Assembly (NCBI GenBank): GCA_015064855.1
Contig: SVRK01000002.1
Location: 117,256-181,255, forward strand
Origin: Oscillospiraceae bacterium
GTDB lineage: Bacteria; Bacillota; Clostridia; Oscillospirales; CAG-272
Direction of reading: 5' to 3'
Length of the DNA: 64,000 bases
Positions 19,693-29,320 of this stretch are shown here, one piece after another. The notes beneath the pieces were generated by a model that saw only the letters and a program-made list of their open reading frames with translations, was not told the origin of the DNA and ran no database searches. The position numbers and the translations under genes are program-made. How positions within the stretch are numbered: the stretch's first letter is position 1; every line of letters starts with the position of its first letter.

Positions 19693-20847
19693 TTATTTAA
19701 GATCATAAGCGCATGGACCTGATTTAAACTGTGTGCTTCTTTTGTTTTTCTTTAGTTCTTCAGATAATGCTAACAACCTGCCTGCCGCAACCTTTGCATT
19801 CCATTCATTCAGCATCGTTTGATATGCATTTTTACCAAGCCTTTTCGCTTCCGATTTGTTATCGAGTAGCTTTTTCGTTTTGATATAAAGCTCATCTATA
19901 CTGTCATTCTGATATATATATCCATTTTCTTTGTCTGTAAGAAGATATGGTACCGCACCTATATTCTCGTTTGCGACAACCACGCATCCACTGTTCATTG
20001 CCTCATTTATAACTGCGCCCCAGCCCTCTTGTCTGTCTGAAGTGGCAAGAAAAATTTGGCTCTTTTCCATATATTCCCTTACTTTTTCGGGGCTCATAGC
20101 ACCTAGAACAAAAACGCAGTCATCAAGGCTTTCAAGGAACACCTGTCTTACAAGCTCGACGTATAAATTGCCCGTGCCTATCACATTCATCTTAAATTTG
20201 TAGCCCTCCGCCTTCAGGCGCTTTGCAACCTCTATCGCATATTCGGGATGCTTCCAATCAATCATTCTGCCAGCCCAAAGTAGCGAATTTTCTTCCTTTT
20301 CGGAAATAAGATTATCTATATCGTCATATTCCTTCAGCTCCGGAAAGTATCCCCATTTATACGATTTGCTTTTGAACGAACCAACACGCTTGTAGTCCTC
20401 GGCTACATAACCGCCCTCGCATAAAAGATAAAAATTTTTATGTATGGCATTTGCAAAATAATTTCTTATTTTCAAGCCTAGCATCTCGGATTTTTTGGGC
20501 TCTATTTTAAAAAGCCTTTCAGTACATCTAAACGTCAGCTTTTTCTTTTTAAGTCTTTCTTTAATCAATTCTCTTCCAATAGAGCCATATAAAACAATAT
20601 CAGCATCCAAGGCATATTTTTTTGCCTTTTCAAAGCTTTCCTTCGATTCATATGCTCTTAATACAAAATCGTATGAGCTGTTTGCGTCGCGATAACCAAG
20701 CTTTAGTCTGCCCTTGGGTGTAGGAGTAGTTGCTATGAACAAATAGCTGCCACCCGTCAAGCTCATCATCTCTTGGCTAAAGGGGATTTGATGGTGATTT
20801 AAATAATTCGATATAAATACTACATTGTATTTTTTATTCTGACTCAT
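19693..20847 (-). CDS. Glycosyltransferase family 4
   Basis: WAGRMIDWK and EGWGAVINEAM (E-x7-E). Confidence 0.9.
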   Translation of the reverse strand: MSQNKKYNVVFISNYLNHHQIPFSQEMMSLTGGSYLFIATTPTPKGRLKLGYRDANSSYDFVLRAYESKESFEKAKKYALDADIVLYGSIGRELIKERLKKKKLTFRCTERLFKIEPKKSEMLGLKIRNYFANAIHKNFYLLCEGGYVAEDYKRVGSFKSKSYKWGYFPELKEYDDIDNLISEKEENSLLWAGRMIDWKHPEYAIEVAKRLKAEGYKFKMNVIGTGNLYVELVRQVFLESLDDCVFVLGAMSPEKVREYMEKSQIFLATSDRQEGWGAVINEAMNSGCVVVANENIGAVPYLLTDKENGYIYQNDSIDELYIKTKKLLDNKSEAKRLGKNAYQTMLNEWNAKVAAGRLLALSEELKKNKRSTQFKSGPCAYDLK

Positions 20848-20868
20848 CTAATCACCCCTCAATAAAAA

Positions 20869-22068
20869 TTATTTTATGATGCTATCAAAAAGCTCAACAT
20901 ATTCCTTAAACTTATCGTTTCTGTTAAATTTTTGTGCGCGTGCAACACACGCCTCACAAGAATAAGGCTTGTCCTCACATATGCGGATTATCTCGCGTTC
21001 AAAGGAGTCAATATCATCAACATCAACAACCGTTCCGCATGTTTCATCTAAAATTTCAGGTGAGCCACCTGTTTTAAATGTAACTATTGGCGTACCACAA
21101 GCGAGTGCCTCCATATTTACAGTTGGGAAGTTGTCCTCTCTTGTAGGATTAGCAAACACATCGCTTGCTGAATAAATCTCTGCAAGCTCCCTTTGGCTTG
21201 AGGTACGGTGAATTGATATAATATTGCTCGGTAGCTCCTTGTCAATATTATCATCAGTTCCAACAAGCACTATCTGATAGTTGTCAGGCAACCTTTTTGC
21301 AAGCTCGCAAAACACATCAAGTCCCTTGCGCTTGCCCCAATCAAAGGCAACTCCCAAAACAATTTTCTTTTCAGCTATGCCGTATTTTTCTCTAAAATTG
21401 CTTTCCGTTAGCTTGAAAATTTCAAGGTCTATGCCGTTATTTATAACCTTAACTGAATATTCCTTCATAAACGACTCGGGAATAAGCGACGCAAGCCATT
21501 TTGATGGAGTTACTATTGTCATATTTTCAATCCCGGTAAACCATTCCTTTTTGAGCTTGTACATTTTTTCGGTTTTGTCAACGTACGCCATAGGATAAAG
21601 CTTATATTGGGGACACTCATAGCATCCGTTTTTCCATTTATCGCACTTTGCAATATCAAAATAAGGGCATTGTCCGGTAAAAGCCCAGCAGTCGTGAAAC
21701 GTCCAAACAATCTTTATATCGGTCTTTTTTAAATATTCAAACAATAGTGGCAAATTAACGTACCACGAGTGAAGAATGTGTAAATTTATAATATCAGGCT
21801 TGAATTTTTCTATTTCTTTAATTATTCTTTTAGTTTCATGCTTAGAGTAGCAACCGTTATTGCCTGTTATTTTCGACATATTTATATGTAAAAACTTGCC
21901 GAGGAATTTGCCAACACGAGTGTCACTATTATCACTCTTTTTATAGTTTTTAGTCCAAGAAAAATATTTTAACGTAGCGTGTCCTTCGTTTTTTGCAACC
22001 TTGGATATACCCTTTACGATATTACCCGTGCTACCGTAAGGCACAGCGTTTAAAAAGAAGATCTTCAT
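20869..22068 (-). CDS. Glycosyltransferase family 4 (WcaC-like)
   Basis: GSTG, NLHILH, WTFHDCW, EDNFPTVNMEALACGTP. Confidence 0.9.
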   Translation of the reverse strand: MKIFFLNAVPYGSTGNIVKGISKVAKNEGHATLKYFSWTKNYKKSDNSDTRVGKFLGKFLHINMSKITGNNGCYSKHETKRIIKEIEKFKPDIINLHILHSWYVNLPLLFEYLKKTDIKIVWTFHDCWAFTGQCPYFDIAKCDKWKNGCYECPQYKLYPMAYVDKTEKMYKLKKEWFTGIENMTIVTPSKWLASLIPESFMKEYSVKVINNGIDLEIFKLTESNFREKYGIAEKKIVLGVAFDWGKRKGLDVFCELAKRLPDNYQIVLVGTDDNIDKELPSNIISIHRTSSQRELAEIYSASDVFANPTREDNFPTVNMEALACGTPIVTFKTGGSPEILDETCGTVVDVDDIDSFEREIIRICEDKPYSCEACVARAQKFNRNDKFKEYVELFDSIIK

Positions 22069-23132
22069 TATTCAATGAACCCCACAAAATTCATTTTATA
22101 AGTTCTGAATTTAACCCAAATTTCATCTCGCACAAAGAAATTATAATATTTTATTCCGTACGTTCCAAGAATGAACGCTGGGAAAACATATACGTTTAGC
22201 ATATAAAGGAACCTGTTTGTTTCGTTTTCTCTATTCCACTGTATTATACTTGGAATAGCAATCAAGCCGAAAATAATGAAATAAATATCAAATCTAGTAA
22301 ACAAATTTGTCTTATACGCTAAAACAGAAATGGCTGTAGATATCAAATAGAGTTTACCATAAGCAGCGGCCTTGCCGTCAAGCCTTCTTATGTTCAGAAG
22401 CACATATATTAAATACACAACCGCAACAGCGGTAGCCGCCAATCCGTTTCCTTGTGCATCCTCAAAATATCTATCGTATCTTGTGTCACTCAAAAACTCC
22501 TCGAACAATCCAACCATCCAATCATATGAAAGCGGATTTAAAACAAGAAACGCAAGAACAACTATAAAAACAATCAAAAACGCTCTGCTCACCTTTTTAG
22601 GCTTTGCTAAAAAGTAAACTGGAAGCAATACGATTGCACTAGTGTGGAAAAGTGATGCAAAAAAAACAAGTAGAATGAAAGGTATTAATTTTCTTTTCAC
22701 AGCAAAGCTAACCGCCCATATGAATAACGCTAGTGCTATGCTTTGTCTAATTGAAGAAAGATTAATTAAAAATATATATGGATTGAGCAAAAATAATAGC
22801 AATGCCAAACCATGATATTCTTCTCCGACATTTTTCTTTATTAATTTATAAACAGCAAAAAGAAAAATGAAGCTTGTTATGGCAATAAACCATTGGAAAG
22901 TGGGAGATATCTTATTCAATAAAATAAAGAGTGGGTTATCATCGTAAAAGCTATTGGTACCCGTCGATTTTATTATTTCGTATATGTTTTTATACGAATC
23001 ATAGTCGTTTCCAAATCCATCTCTCAACGCAGAGAAGATGAATAAGAGCATAAAAGAAAATAGCAAAAGCGATTTTTTATTATGTCTCAAAAAAGCTATA
23101 AACGACGATGTTAACAATGTAAAATGAACCAT
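22068..23132 (-). CDS. wzy: EpsG-family Wzy polysaccharide polymerase
   Basis: LRDGFGND, IRQSIA, FHTSA motifs; multi-TM. Confidence 0.85.
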   Translation of the reverse strand: MVHFTLLTSSFIAFLRHNKKSLLLFSFMLLFIFSALRDGFGNDYDSYKNIYEIIKSTGTNSFYDDNPLFILLNKISPTFQWFIAITSFIFLFAVYKLIKKNVGEEYHGLALLLFLLNPYIFLINLSSIRQSIALALFIWAVSFAVKRKLIPFILLVFFASLFHTSAIVLLPVYFLAKPKKVSRAFLIVFIVVLAFLVLNPLSYDWMVGLFEEFLSDTRYDRYFEDAQGNGLAATAVAVVYLIYVLLNIRRLDGKAAAYGKLYLISTAISVLAYKTNLFTRFDIYFIIFGLIAIPSIIQWNRENETNRFLYMLNVYVFPAFILGTYGIKYYNFFVRDEIWVKFRTYKMNFVGFIE

Positions 23133-23159
23133 TTTTTCTCCTTTTATAGTTTAGCAAAT

Positions 23160-24356
23160 CTATCTATTTATAAAACCTATAATTTTTTTAGCTTGCTCGT
23201 TGCAGTTTTTCTTTTTCAAAATGAAATCTTTAGCCTTGGCACCGTATACAATCCTTTCTTCCATTGACAACTCTCCAACCTCGAGAATTTTCGATTTCAA
23301 ATAGTCCTTTTCTAGTGTGTCAAGCGGAATTAAATAATCGAAATACTCATCGGGAATGCCCTTTATTTTTGTTGATAAAACGGGGTTGCCCGAAACCATA
23401 TATTCAAATATCTTTGATGGGAAGCAATAAGCCGATGCCTCCTCGGAAGGGTCGCGAGTAGAAATAAGCATTGTTGCTTCTCTTTGCTTGTTTAATAAAT
23501 CAAGGCGAGTTGGCAAATATCCAAAATATTTTATCCTATTGTCATCCTTCGCCCTTTCCTCTATAAGTGGAACGGCGTTGCCATTGCCAGTTAGCCAAAG
23601 CTCATAATTATCCGGCAGCTCGGCAAAAGCATCAAGCAGCTCTTTAATGCCATATCTCAAATCAAGCACGCCCGAATACATAACCGAAACAATGTCATTT
23701 TTGGGTTCTATATTTTCATCCGCCATTAAAGATGCATCATATGAGCCCTCCATAACAGTCCACGTGCCGTCCTCTAAGCTAAGAAACTCTGCCATATGCT
23801 TGGAGTATAAAATATACTTGTCCACCTTTTTCATATGACGCTTAATTGAAAGCCAGTCTATCTTTTTAAGAACCTTTTTAATGGTGGACATATTCATATC
23901 CATATACTGTGGAAGGTCAGGAACTATCAAAACTATTTTTGCGTTTTTATTAATTTTCTTAACCGCGCTTGCCGCAGCCATGAAATACGCTGTCATTTGA
24001 TAAACAAAAACTGTAACGTCCTCGTCTTTGTTTTCACGCGCCCATTTTTTTGCCTCTTTAACAAGTGATTTCTTTTTTGACAGAAGATTTATGTATTTTT
24101 TGTTTTTGTAGCCTACGCTGATTCCTGTTTTGCCACTTTTATAAGTCCAAGCGTTAGGCACTATTATTTTGTCGGGATACTCGGGATAAGCCGGCAGTCT
24201 GCTTGAATTGATTGTATCACAAAATATACCATTTGCTTCAAGTCCAGAAAGAAGCGCGTCGTTTGAAATTTCAGCCGAAAGAAGCTTTCCACCTTTTTTT
24301 GCAATTTCTTCCCTTGCTTCCTTTGAATTGCCTACTCCTATCCACAAATAATTCAT
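23160..24356 (-). CDS. Glycosyltransferase family 4
   Basis: YSGVL..RYG and FPSKIFEYMVSGNPV. Confidence 0.85.
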   Translation of the reverse strand: MNYLWIGVGNSKEAREEIAKKGGKLLSAEISNDALLSGLEANGIFCDTINSSRLPAYPEYPDKIIVPNAWTYKSGKTGISVGYKNKKYINLLSKKKSLVKEAKKWARENKDEDVTVFVYQMTAYFMAAASAVKKINKNAKIVLIVPDLPQYMDMNMSTIKKVLKKIDWLSIKRHMKKVDKYILYSKHMAEFLSLEDGTWTVMEGSYDASLMADENIEPKNDIVSVMYSGVLDLRYGIKELLDAFAELPDNYELWLTGNGNAVPLIEERAKDDNRIKYFGYLPTRLDLLNKQREATMLISTRDPSEEASAYCFPSKIFEYMVSGNPVLSTKIKGIPDEYFDYLIPLDTLEKDYLKSKILEVGELSMEERIVYGAKAKDFILKKKNCNEQAKKIIGFINR

Positions 24357-24365
24357 AAAACCCTC

Positions 24366-25100
24366 TTAACCTAAAATATATTTTGCGCTCTCCATAAATA
24401 CACGATGGAACCAATAGAAGCGTGACATACCATACTTTCTATAGATTCTATAACCTATTTTAATACGCATGCGCGTTTCCTTTATACTCTTTTTTGTGCT
24501 CATACCGCCAAATGAAAAGTTTGAAATCATTTCATCTATAGTTAGCACCTTCTTTTTTGCCCTATAAACAGCTGTTATGTAATCAAAATCATCATACATG
24601 CTTTCCAAGGGATATGGAAATTCCAACAATATTTCTCTTTTTGAAAACATAGCAGGATGGCACCAGCCAGAGGTTGTCCACAGCTTACCAATCTTCGCTT
24701 TTTTAACCCTGTTTCCGCTCTTTTTAATTATATTGATATTGCCCCATGCAACGTCATAGTTTTCCTTTTCATAAAACGCTACCATTTTTTCAACTGCGTC
24801 AAGCTCATACCAGTCATCTGCATTTATTTGACCAACAAGTTCTCCACTTGCTAAATTAGCGCCCTTATTAAGTGCATCATACATGCCCTTGTCTGGCTCG
24901 GAAATTATACGAAGAGTGCGCCCTTCTTTATTCGCAAATACCTCCTCATATGATTTTGCAACTTCAACTGTTTTATCAGTTGATGCGCCATCGATTATCA
25001 AATATTCAATATTTGAATAGGTTTGATTTAAGACAGACTCTATTGTTCTTGAAATAGTTTTTTCACTATTGTAGGCAACTGTTATAATTGAAACAAGCAT
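24366..25100 (-). CDS. Glycosyltransferase family 2 (WcaE/WfgS-like)
   Basis: SIITVAYN, IDGASTD, EPDKGMYDALNKG, INADD. Confidence 0.9.
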   Translation of the reverse strand: MLVSIITVAYNSEKTISRTIESVLNQTYSNIEYLIIDGASTDKTVEVAKSYEEVFANKEGRTLRIISEPDKGMYDALNKGANLASGELVGQINADDWYELDAVEKMVAFYEKENYDVAWGNINIIKKSGNRVKKAKIGKLWTTSGWCHPAMFSKREILLEFPYPLESMYDDFDYITAVYRAKKKVLTIDEMISNFSFGGMSTKKSIKETRMRIKIGYRIYRKYGMSRFYWFHRVFMESAKYILG

Positions 25101-25144
25101 AGTTTTCCCTCAAAATAAGTAATATAAAATTTATATACATTATT

Positions 25145-25173
25145 ATTATATATTATAAAGCAAAATTTGTCAA
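25145..25173 (-). promoter_or_regulatory. Sigma-A promoter of the polysaccharide operon
   Basis: Reverse complement reads TTGACA-17 nt-TATAAT (perfect consensus). Confidence 0.8.
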
Positions 25174-25190
25174 GCAAAAAGTTATAAAGC

Positions 25191-25216
25191 AAAAAACCGC
25201 CGAAATCGGCGGTTTT
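25191..25216. terminator. Intrinsic terminator
   Basis: aaaaaaccgccg-aaat-cggcggtttt hairpin after the cyclophilin-like gene. Confidence 0.8.
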
Positions 25217-25226
25217 AATTGTTTAA

Positions 25227-27557
25227 TTATTTTGCTATTTTATCTGCCACAACTGAACCAATAATCTTTGGATATGTTTGGTAAACTGTAATTGTTGTGG
25301 TCTTTTCCTGAGTAGATGTGCTGTCGGCAAATTCGAAATTGGTTTCAAATTCACAAACGTCGCCCTTGTTTAATCTAATATGGCTATAATCTGTAACCTC
25401 TGTAACCTTATCGCCACTCTTTATACGAAGCTTGATGTTTTCCTTCATATCAGTTGCAATCTTGATTTCATACATACCACTTGCATCTACGTTAAATACG
25501 TATGTCATTGGACCCTTTGCTGAATCGTTTTTGGTAATAGTGATAGTATTTCCGTCAGTTTGCTCGGTTGTGCTTGAAGAAACTATATTTTGGTTAGAGC
25601 TTGCATTTAGTTCAGGGTCGTCGATTGTAAGAGTATATTTGGTGTCCTTCGCCAATTTCTTGTCAACATCCTTGCCACCACTTGTTTCCTTGTAGTCAAT
25701 GCCTAGTTCGATTGTGTATTCCTTATCTGCTTCAAGATGTGCATATGGTTTTACAACGTTTTTGCCATCCTCAACGTACTCGTTCACAATCTTTCCGTTT
25801 TCGTCCTTAACAGTGAAGACAAGCGTGTCCTTTTTGCTGTTTACGCTGAGTGAGAATGTGTGCTTTCCTGTATATTCAGCAGTAAATGAGTAAATCGCTT
25901 TCTTCGCATCAATATCTGATTGCAAAAGCTTAATTGTGTTGTCGCCCGCAACAAGCTTTGGCTCAACTATTGTAAGCTTATATTCCTTATCCTTTGTAAG
26001 GCCCTCGGTTTTCATTGAAAGCTTATAGGTCTTGCCAGCCTCGAGATTTGCATAATTCTTTCCAAGCTCTGTGCCATCAAGATTTAAGAACGTTACCTCT
26101 TTAATATCAGTGCTTGAAACTGAATATTTGCCAGAAACGCCTGCAACGAAGGTATATACTACTTTCTTAGCTGTGATTTGAGCTTCTGTAAACTTAATCT
26201 TTTCTTCTACGCCAATTTCAAAATATTGTTCTTTTACTTCAATCTTAGGAACAACTGATGTTGCAGTGCCGGTGATTGAAGCTTCCTTAGCAGAAACCTC
26301 AAATGTGTATACCACGTCGGCAACAAGGTCAAGGGTAAGTGTTTCGTCCTTGTCGTCCTTATCAGCAACTGCCACGCCGTCCTTGCCAACTACCTTTACA
26401 CCCTTAATGTTTGTTAATGTAAAGATATATTCACCAGTAACGGGAGTTGTATAGGTGTAATAGAACACCTTTGAATTTGTTATATCGTCTTTTGTAATTT
26501 TGTCAAGTGTATTGCTGCCGGAAGTCAAAACGCGGTCGTTGATAGAAATCTTAACGTCTCCAGCCTTTGAGCTAGCCTTAATGTTTATCTTGAGCTTGTA
26601 TTCCTTGTCCGCCTCAAAATATCTTTGAACTGCCTTATCGCCTGTGCCAAGCGCTTGTGATTCGCCATCGTTTATGATAATGCTTACAAGCTCTTCTTCT
26701 GTTGTATCAAAGAAGTAGTAGCCTTCATATTTAGGTGTAAAGGTGCGCTCAACGTAACCAAGCTCAATGTCCGCCTCAGTAAGAGCAATCTTGTTTGAGC
26801 CAGATGAAAGCGCGTTTGGATCTGTTTCCTCTTCCTTTTCTTCATCAGACTTTCCTTGATAATCGGAAACCATCTTCTCGATTTTTTCCATATCCGCAGG
26901 AACAACTCTACCGAATGCTGCGTTGTTTCCGTTGAAGCCGGTTTTCTCGTTTGCATATGTGCTATTATCGGTGATAATCATAAAATCTGTGGAGGATGAA
27001 TTGTATCCGTGTCCATTACGATTCATTGTAATGACACCATAGGTATGGGAAATCTTGTTTTCAAAGTTGTTGTCGTAATATTCACCCTTTATGCCCGGCT
27101 CAACATCAGCGGAGTGACCGTGCTCATCAGTTTCCTTTTCTGTTACGAAGGAAACGTATTTTGTGCTTGTGCTTGTGCTGATGGTCAAATATTTATCGGT
27201 AAAGTAGCCCTCTTCAACTCTTTTCTTAAAGTTTGCAACCGTTTCGGGTGCTTCCTCACCGTAAAGCTCAATTATAACCTTACCGTAATCAGCAAAATCA
27301 AGTTGAACAATATCTGTAACCTTAAAGTCGCCCTTTGATGGATCTATAAACTCTCTTGGAGTCGTTTTTGAGCATGCCTTAAAGATATGCACAAATCCAG
27401 TAACAAAGAGAATTGCTGCTAAAACTGCCACAACAATGTAAACAACGTTTAATGTTGTCTTTTTCACCTTTCTGCTTCTTTTGATTTTGTTTTTTTCAAC
27501 TTTAGCCACAGCTGTCTTGTCTGTGACATAGTTGGCGTTTTTCTTATTGTTTGCCAT
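25227..27557 (-). CDS. Membrane-anchored cyclophilin-like protein with ~5 C-terminal beta-sandwich (PPC-like) repeats
   Basis: One N-terminal TM helix; IELYGEEAPETVANF, HTYGVITM and AAFGRV cyclophilin motifs; then ~100-aa repeats (L..G.N.I...Y.F....G.Y). Confidence 0.75.
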   Translation of the reverse strand: MANNKKNANYVTDKTAVAKVEKNKIKRSRKVKKTTLNVVYIVVAVLAAILFVTGFVHIFKACSKTTPREFIDPSKGDFKVTDIVQLDFADYGKVIIELYGEEAPETVANFKKRVEEGYFTDKYLTISTSTSTKYVSFVTEKETDEHGHSADVEPGIKGEYYDNNFENKISHTYGVITMNRNGHGYNSSSTDFMIITDNSTYANEKTGFNGNNAAFGRVVPADMEKIEKMVSDYQGKSDEEKEEETDPNALSSGSNKIALTEADIELGYVERTFTPKYEGYYFFDTTEEELVSIIINDGESQALGTGDKAVQRYFEADKEYKLKINIKASSKAGDVKISINDRVLTSGSNTLDKITKDDITNSKVFYYTYTTPVTGEYIFTLTNIKGVKVVGKDGVAVADKDDKDETLTLDLVADVVYTFEVSAKEASITGTATSVVPKIEVKEQYFEIGVEEKIKFTEAQITAKKVVYTFVAGVSGKYSVSSTDIKEVTFLNLDGTELGKNYANLEAGKTYKLSMKTEGLTKDKEYKLTIVEPKLVAGDNTIKLLQSDIDAKKAIYSFTAEYTGKHTFSLSVNSKKDTLVFTVKDENGKIVNEYVEDGKNVVKPYAHLEADKEYTIELGIDYKETSGGKDVDKKLAKDTKYTLTIDDPELNASSNQNIVSSSTTEQTDGNTITITKNDSAKGPMTYVFNVDASGMYEIKIATDMKENIKLRIKSGDKVTEVTDYSHIRLNKGDVCEFETNFEFADSTSTQEKTTTITVYQTYPKIIGSVVADKIAK

Positions 27558-27652
27558 AGAAAATTCCTTTCTGAATTTTATTTCTTGACTATTGTAACAT
27601 ACTTTTTAAATAAAATCAATGGATTTTTGATTATTTCTTTTTGAAAATTGTG

Positions 27653-27681
27653 TTGACTTTGGGAATTTTTTGTGATATAAT
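27653..27681 (+). promoter_or_regulatory. Sigma-A promoter of scfAB
   Basis: TTGACT-17 nt-TATAAT. Confidence 0.7.
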
Positions 27682-27715
27682 CGTTTCATAAACAGTTTTT
27701 CGGAGGTTAATTATT

Positions 27716-27865
27716 ATGGAACACATCAAAACTCTTAAAACAGGTAATCTTTGCGAGAGCGCAAAAAATGGCGGTTGTGGCGAATGCCAAACTTCTTGCC
27801 AATCTGCTTGTAAGACAAGCTGCGGTATCGCTAACCAAGCATGCGAAAACAACGAAAGAAAATAA
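27716..27865 (+). CDS. scfA: SCIFF six-cysteine ranthipeptide precursor
   Basis: Missed by the track (49 aa): MEHIKTLKTGNLCESAKNGGCGECQTSCQSACKTSCGIANQACENNERK, after RBS GGAGG. Confidence 0.97.
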   Translation: MEHIKTLKTGNLCESAKNGGCGECQTSCQSACKTSCGIANQACENNERK

Positions 27866-27943
27866 TTTGAGCATAGCTAAATTAGGACTGCCAAGAAAAT
27901 ATTTGGCAGTCCAATTTTTATTGCTAATTTTAAAAGAGGAAAT

Positions 27944-29320
27944 ATGGTACATCAATTCAAATTTAATGAATTAAATATTGTTTTAGATATATGCTCTGGC
28001 TCTGTGCACATAGTTGACGACATCGCCTATGACATTATCGAAAAATATGAAAAACAGACACGTGACGAGGTTTTTTCTGAAATTTCAAAGAAATACGCAG
28101 ACAAAAACGTGTCACTTAATGAAATAAAAGCCTGCTATGAGCAAATTGAAGAATTAAAGTCTAGCGGCACTCTCTTTACTCCCGACACATTTGAGCCTAT
28201 GGCGGACAAATTAAAAGAAAAAACAAGTGGACAAATCAAGGCTCTTTGCCTTCACGTTGCACACACCTGCAACTTAAACTGTTCTTACTGCTTTGCATCT
28301 CAAGGCAAATATCATGGCGAACGTGCGGTTATGTCTTTAGAGGTTGGAAAGCGCGCGCTTGATTTCTTAATTGAAAATTCCGGTAAAAGGCACAATCTTG
28401 AGGTTGACTTTTTCGGTGGTGAGCCTCTTATGAATTTCCAAATGATTAAAGACCTTGTAGCCTATGCAAGAGAACAAGAAAAAATACATAATAAAAACTT
28501 CCGCTTTACCCTGACAACAAATGGCGTTTTAATTGACGATGACGTTATTGATTTTGCCAATCGCGAAATGTCAAACGTCGTTTTAAGCCTCGATGGACGC
28601 AAAGAAGTACACGACAAATATCGCGTTGACTATGCAGGCAACGGAAGCTGGGAAAAAATCGTTCCAAAATTCCAAAGGCTTGTTGAAGCCCGTGGTGGCA
28701 AAAATTATTATATGCGCGGAACGTTTACCCATTCCAATCCCGACTTTTTAAACGATATAAAGGTTATGCTGAATCTAGGCTTCAAGGAGCTTTCTATGGA
28801 GCCCGTTGTTTGTGCAAAAGGTGACGCAGAGGAATTAACCGAGGAAGATTTCCCAGTCGTTTGCAAGCAATACGAGGACCTTGCAAATCTTATGATGAAA
28901 AAGGATAAGGAGGGCGACCCATTCACCTTCTATCACTATATGATTGACCTAAAGGGCGGACCCTGTATCTACAAACGCATATCCGGATGCGGTTCAGGAA
29001 CTGAATATATGGCAGTAACCCCTTGGGGCGATTTATACCCGTGCCACCAATTTGTTGGCGAGGAAAAATACAAGCTCGGTGACATTTACAATGGCGTTAC
29101 CAACAAGGAAGCCCAAAACGAATTTGCATCCTGCAACGTTTATGCTCGCCCTGATTGTAAAAATTGCTGGGCTAAGCTTTATTGCTCCGGCGGATGTGCC
29201 GCAAACGCATATCATGCAACCGGTTCAGTTAAAGGCATTTACGAATATGGATGTCGCCTATTTAGAAAAAGAATGGAATGCGCTATTGCCTTAGCGGTCA
29301 ACCGCGCACTTAACGAATAA
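27944..29320 (+). CDS. scfB: Thioether-forming radical SAM/SPASM SCIFF maturase
   Basis: CNLNCSYC, DFFGGEP, SPASM cysteines (CGSG...YPCHQF...CKNC...CSGGC); adjacent to scfA. Confidence 0.95.
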   Translation: MVHQFKFNELNIVLDICSGSVHIVDDIAYDIIEKYEKQTRDEVFSEISKKYADKNVSLNEIKACYEQIEELKSSGTLFTPDTFEPMADKLKEKTSGQIKALCLHVAHTCNLNCSYCFASQGKYHGERAVMSLEVGKRALDFLIENSGKRHNLEVDFFGGEPLMNFQMIKDLVAYAREQEKIHNKNFRFTLTTNGVLIDDDVIDFANREMSNVVLSLDGRKEVHDKYRVDYAGNGSWEKIVPKFQRLVEARGGKNYYMRGTFTHSNPDFLNDIKVMLNLGFKELSMEPVVCAKGDAEELTEEDFPVVCKQYEDLANLMMKKDKEGDPFTFYHYMIDLKGGPCIYKRISGCGSGTEYMAVTPWGDLYPCHQFVGEEKYKLGDIYNGVTNKEAQNEFASCNVYARPDCKNCWAKLYCSGGCAANAYHATGSVKGIYEYGCRLFRKRMECAIALAVNRALNE

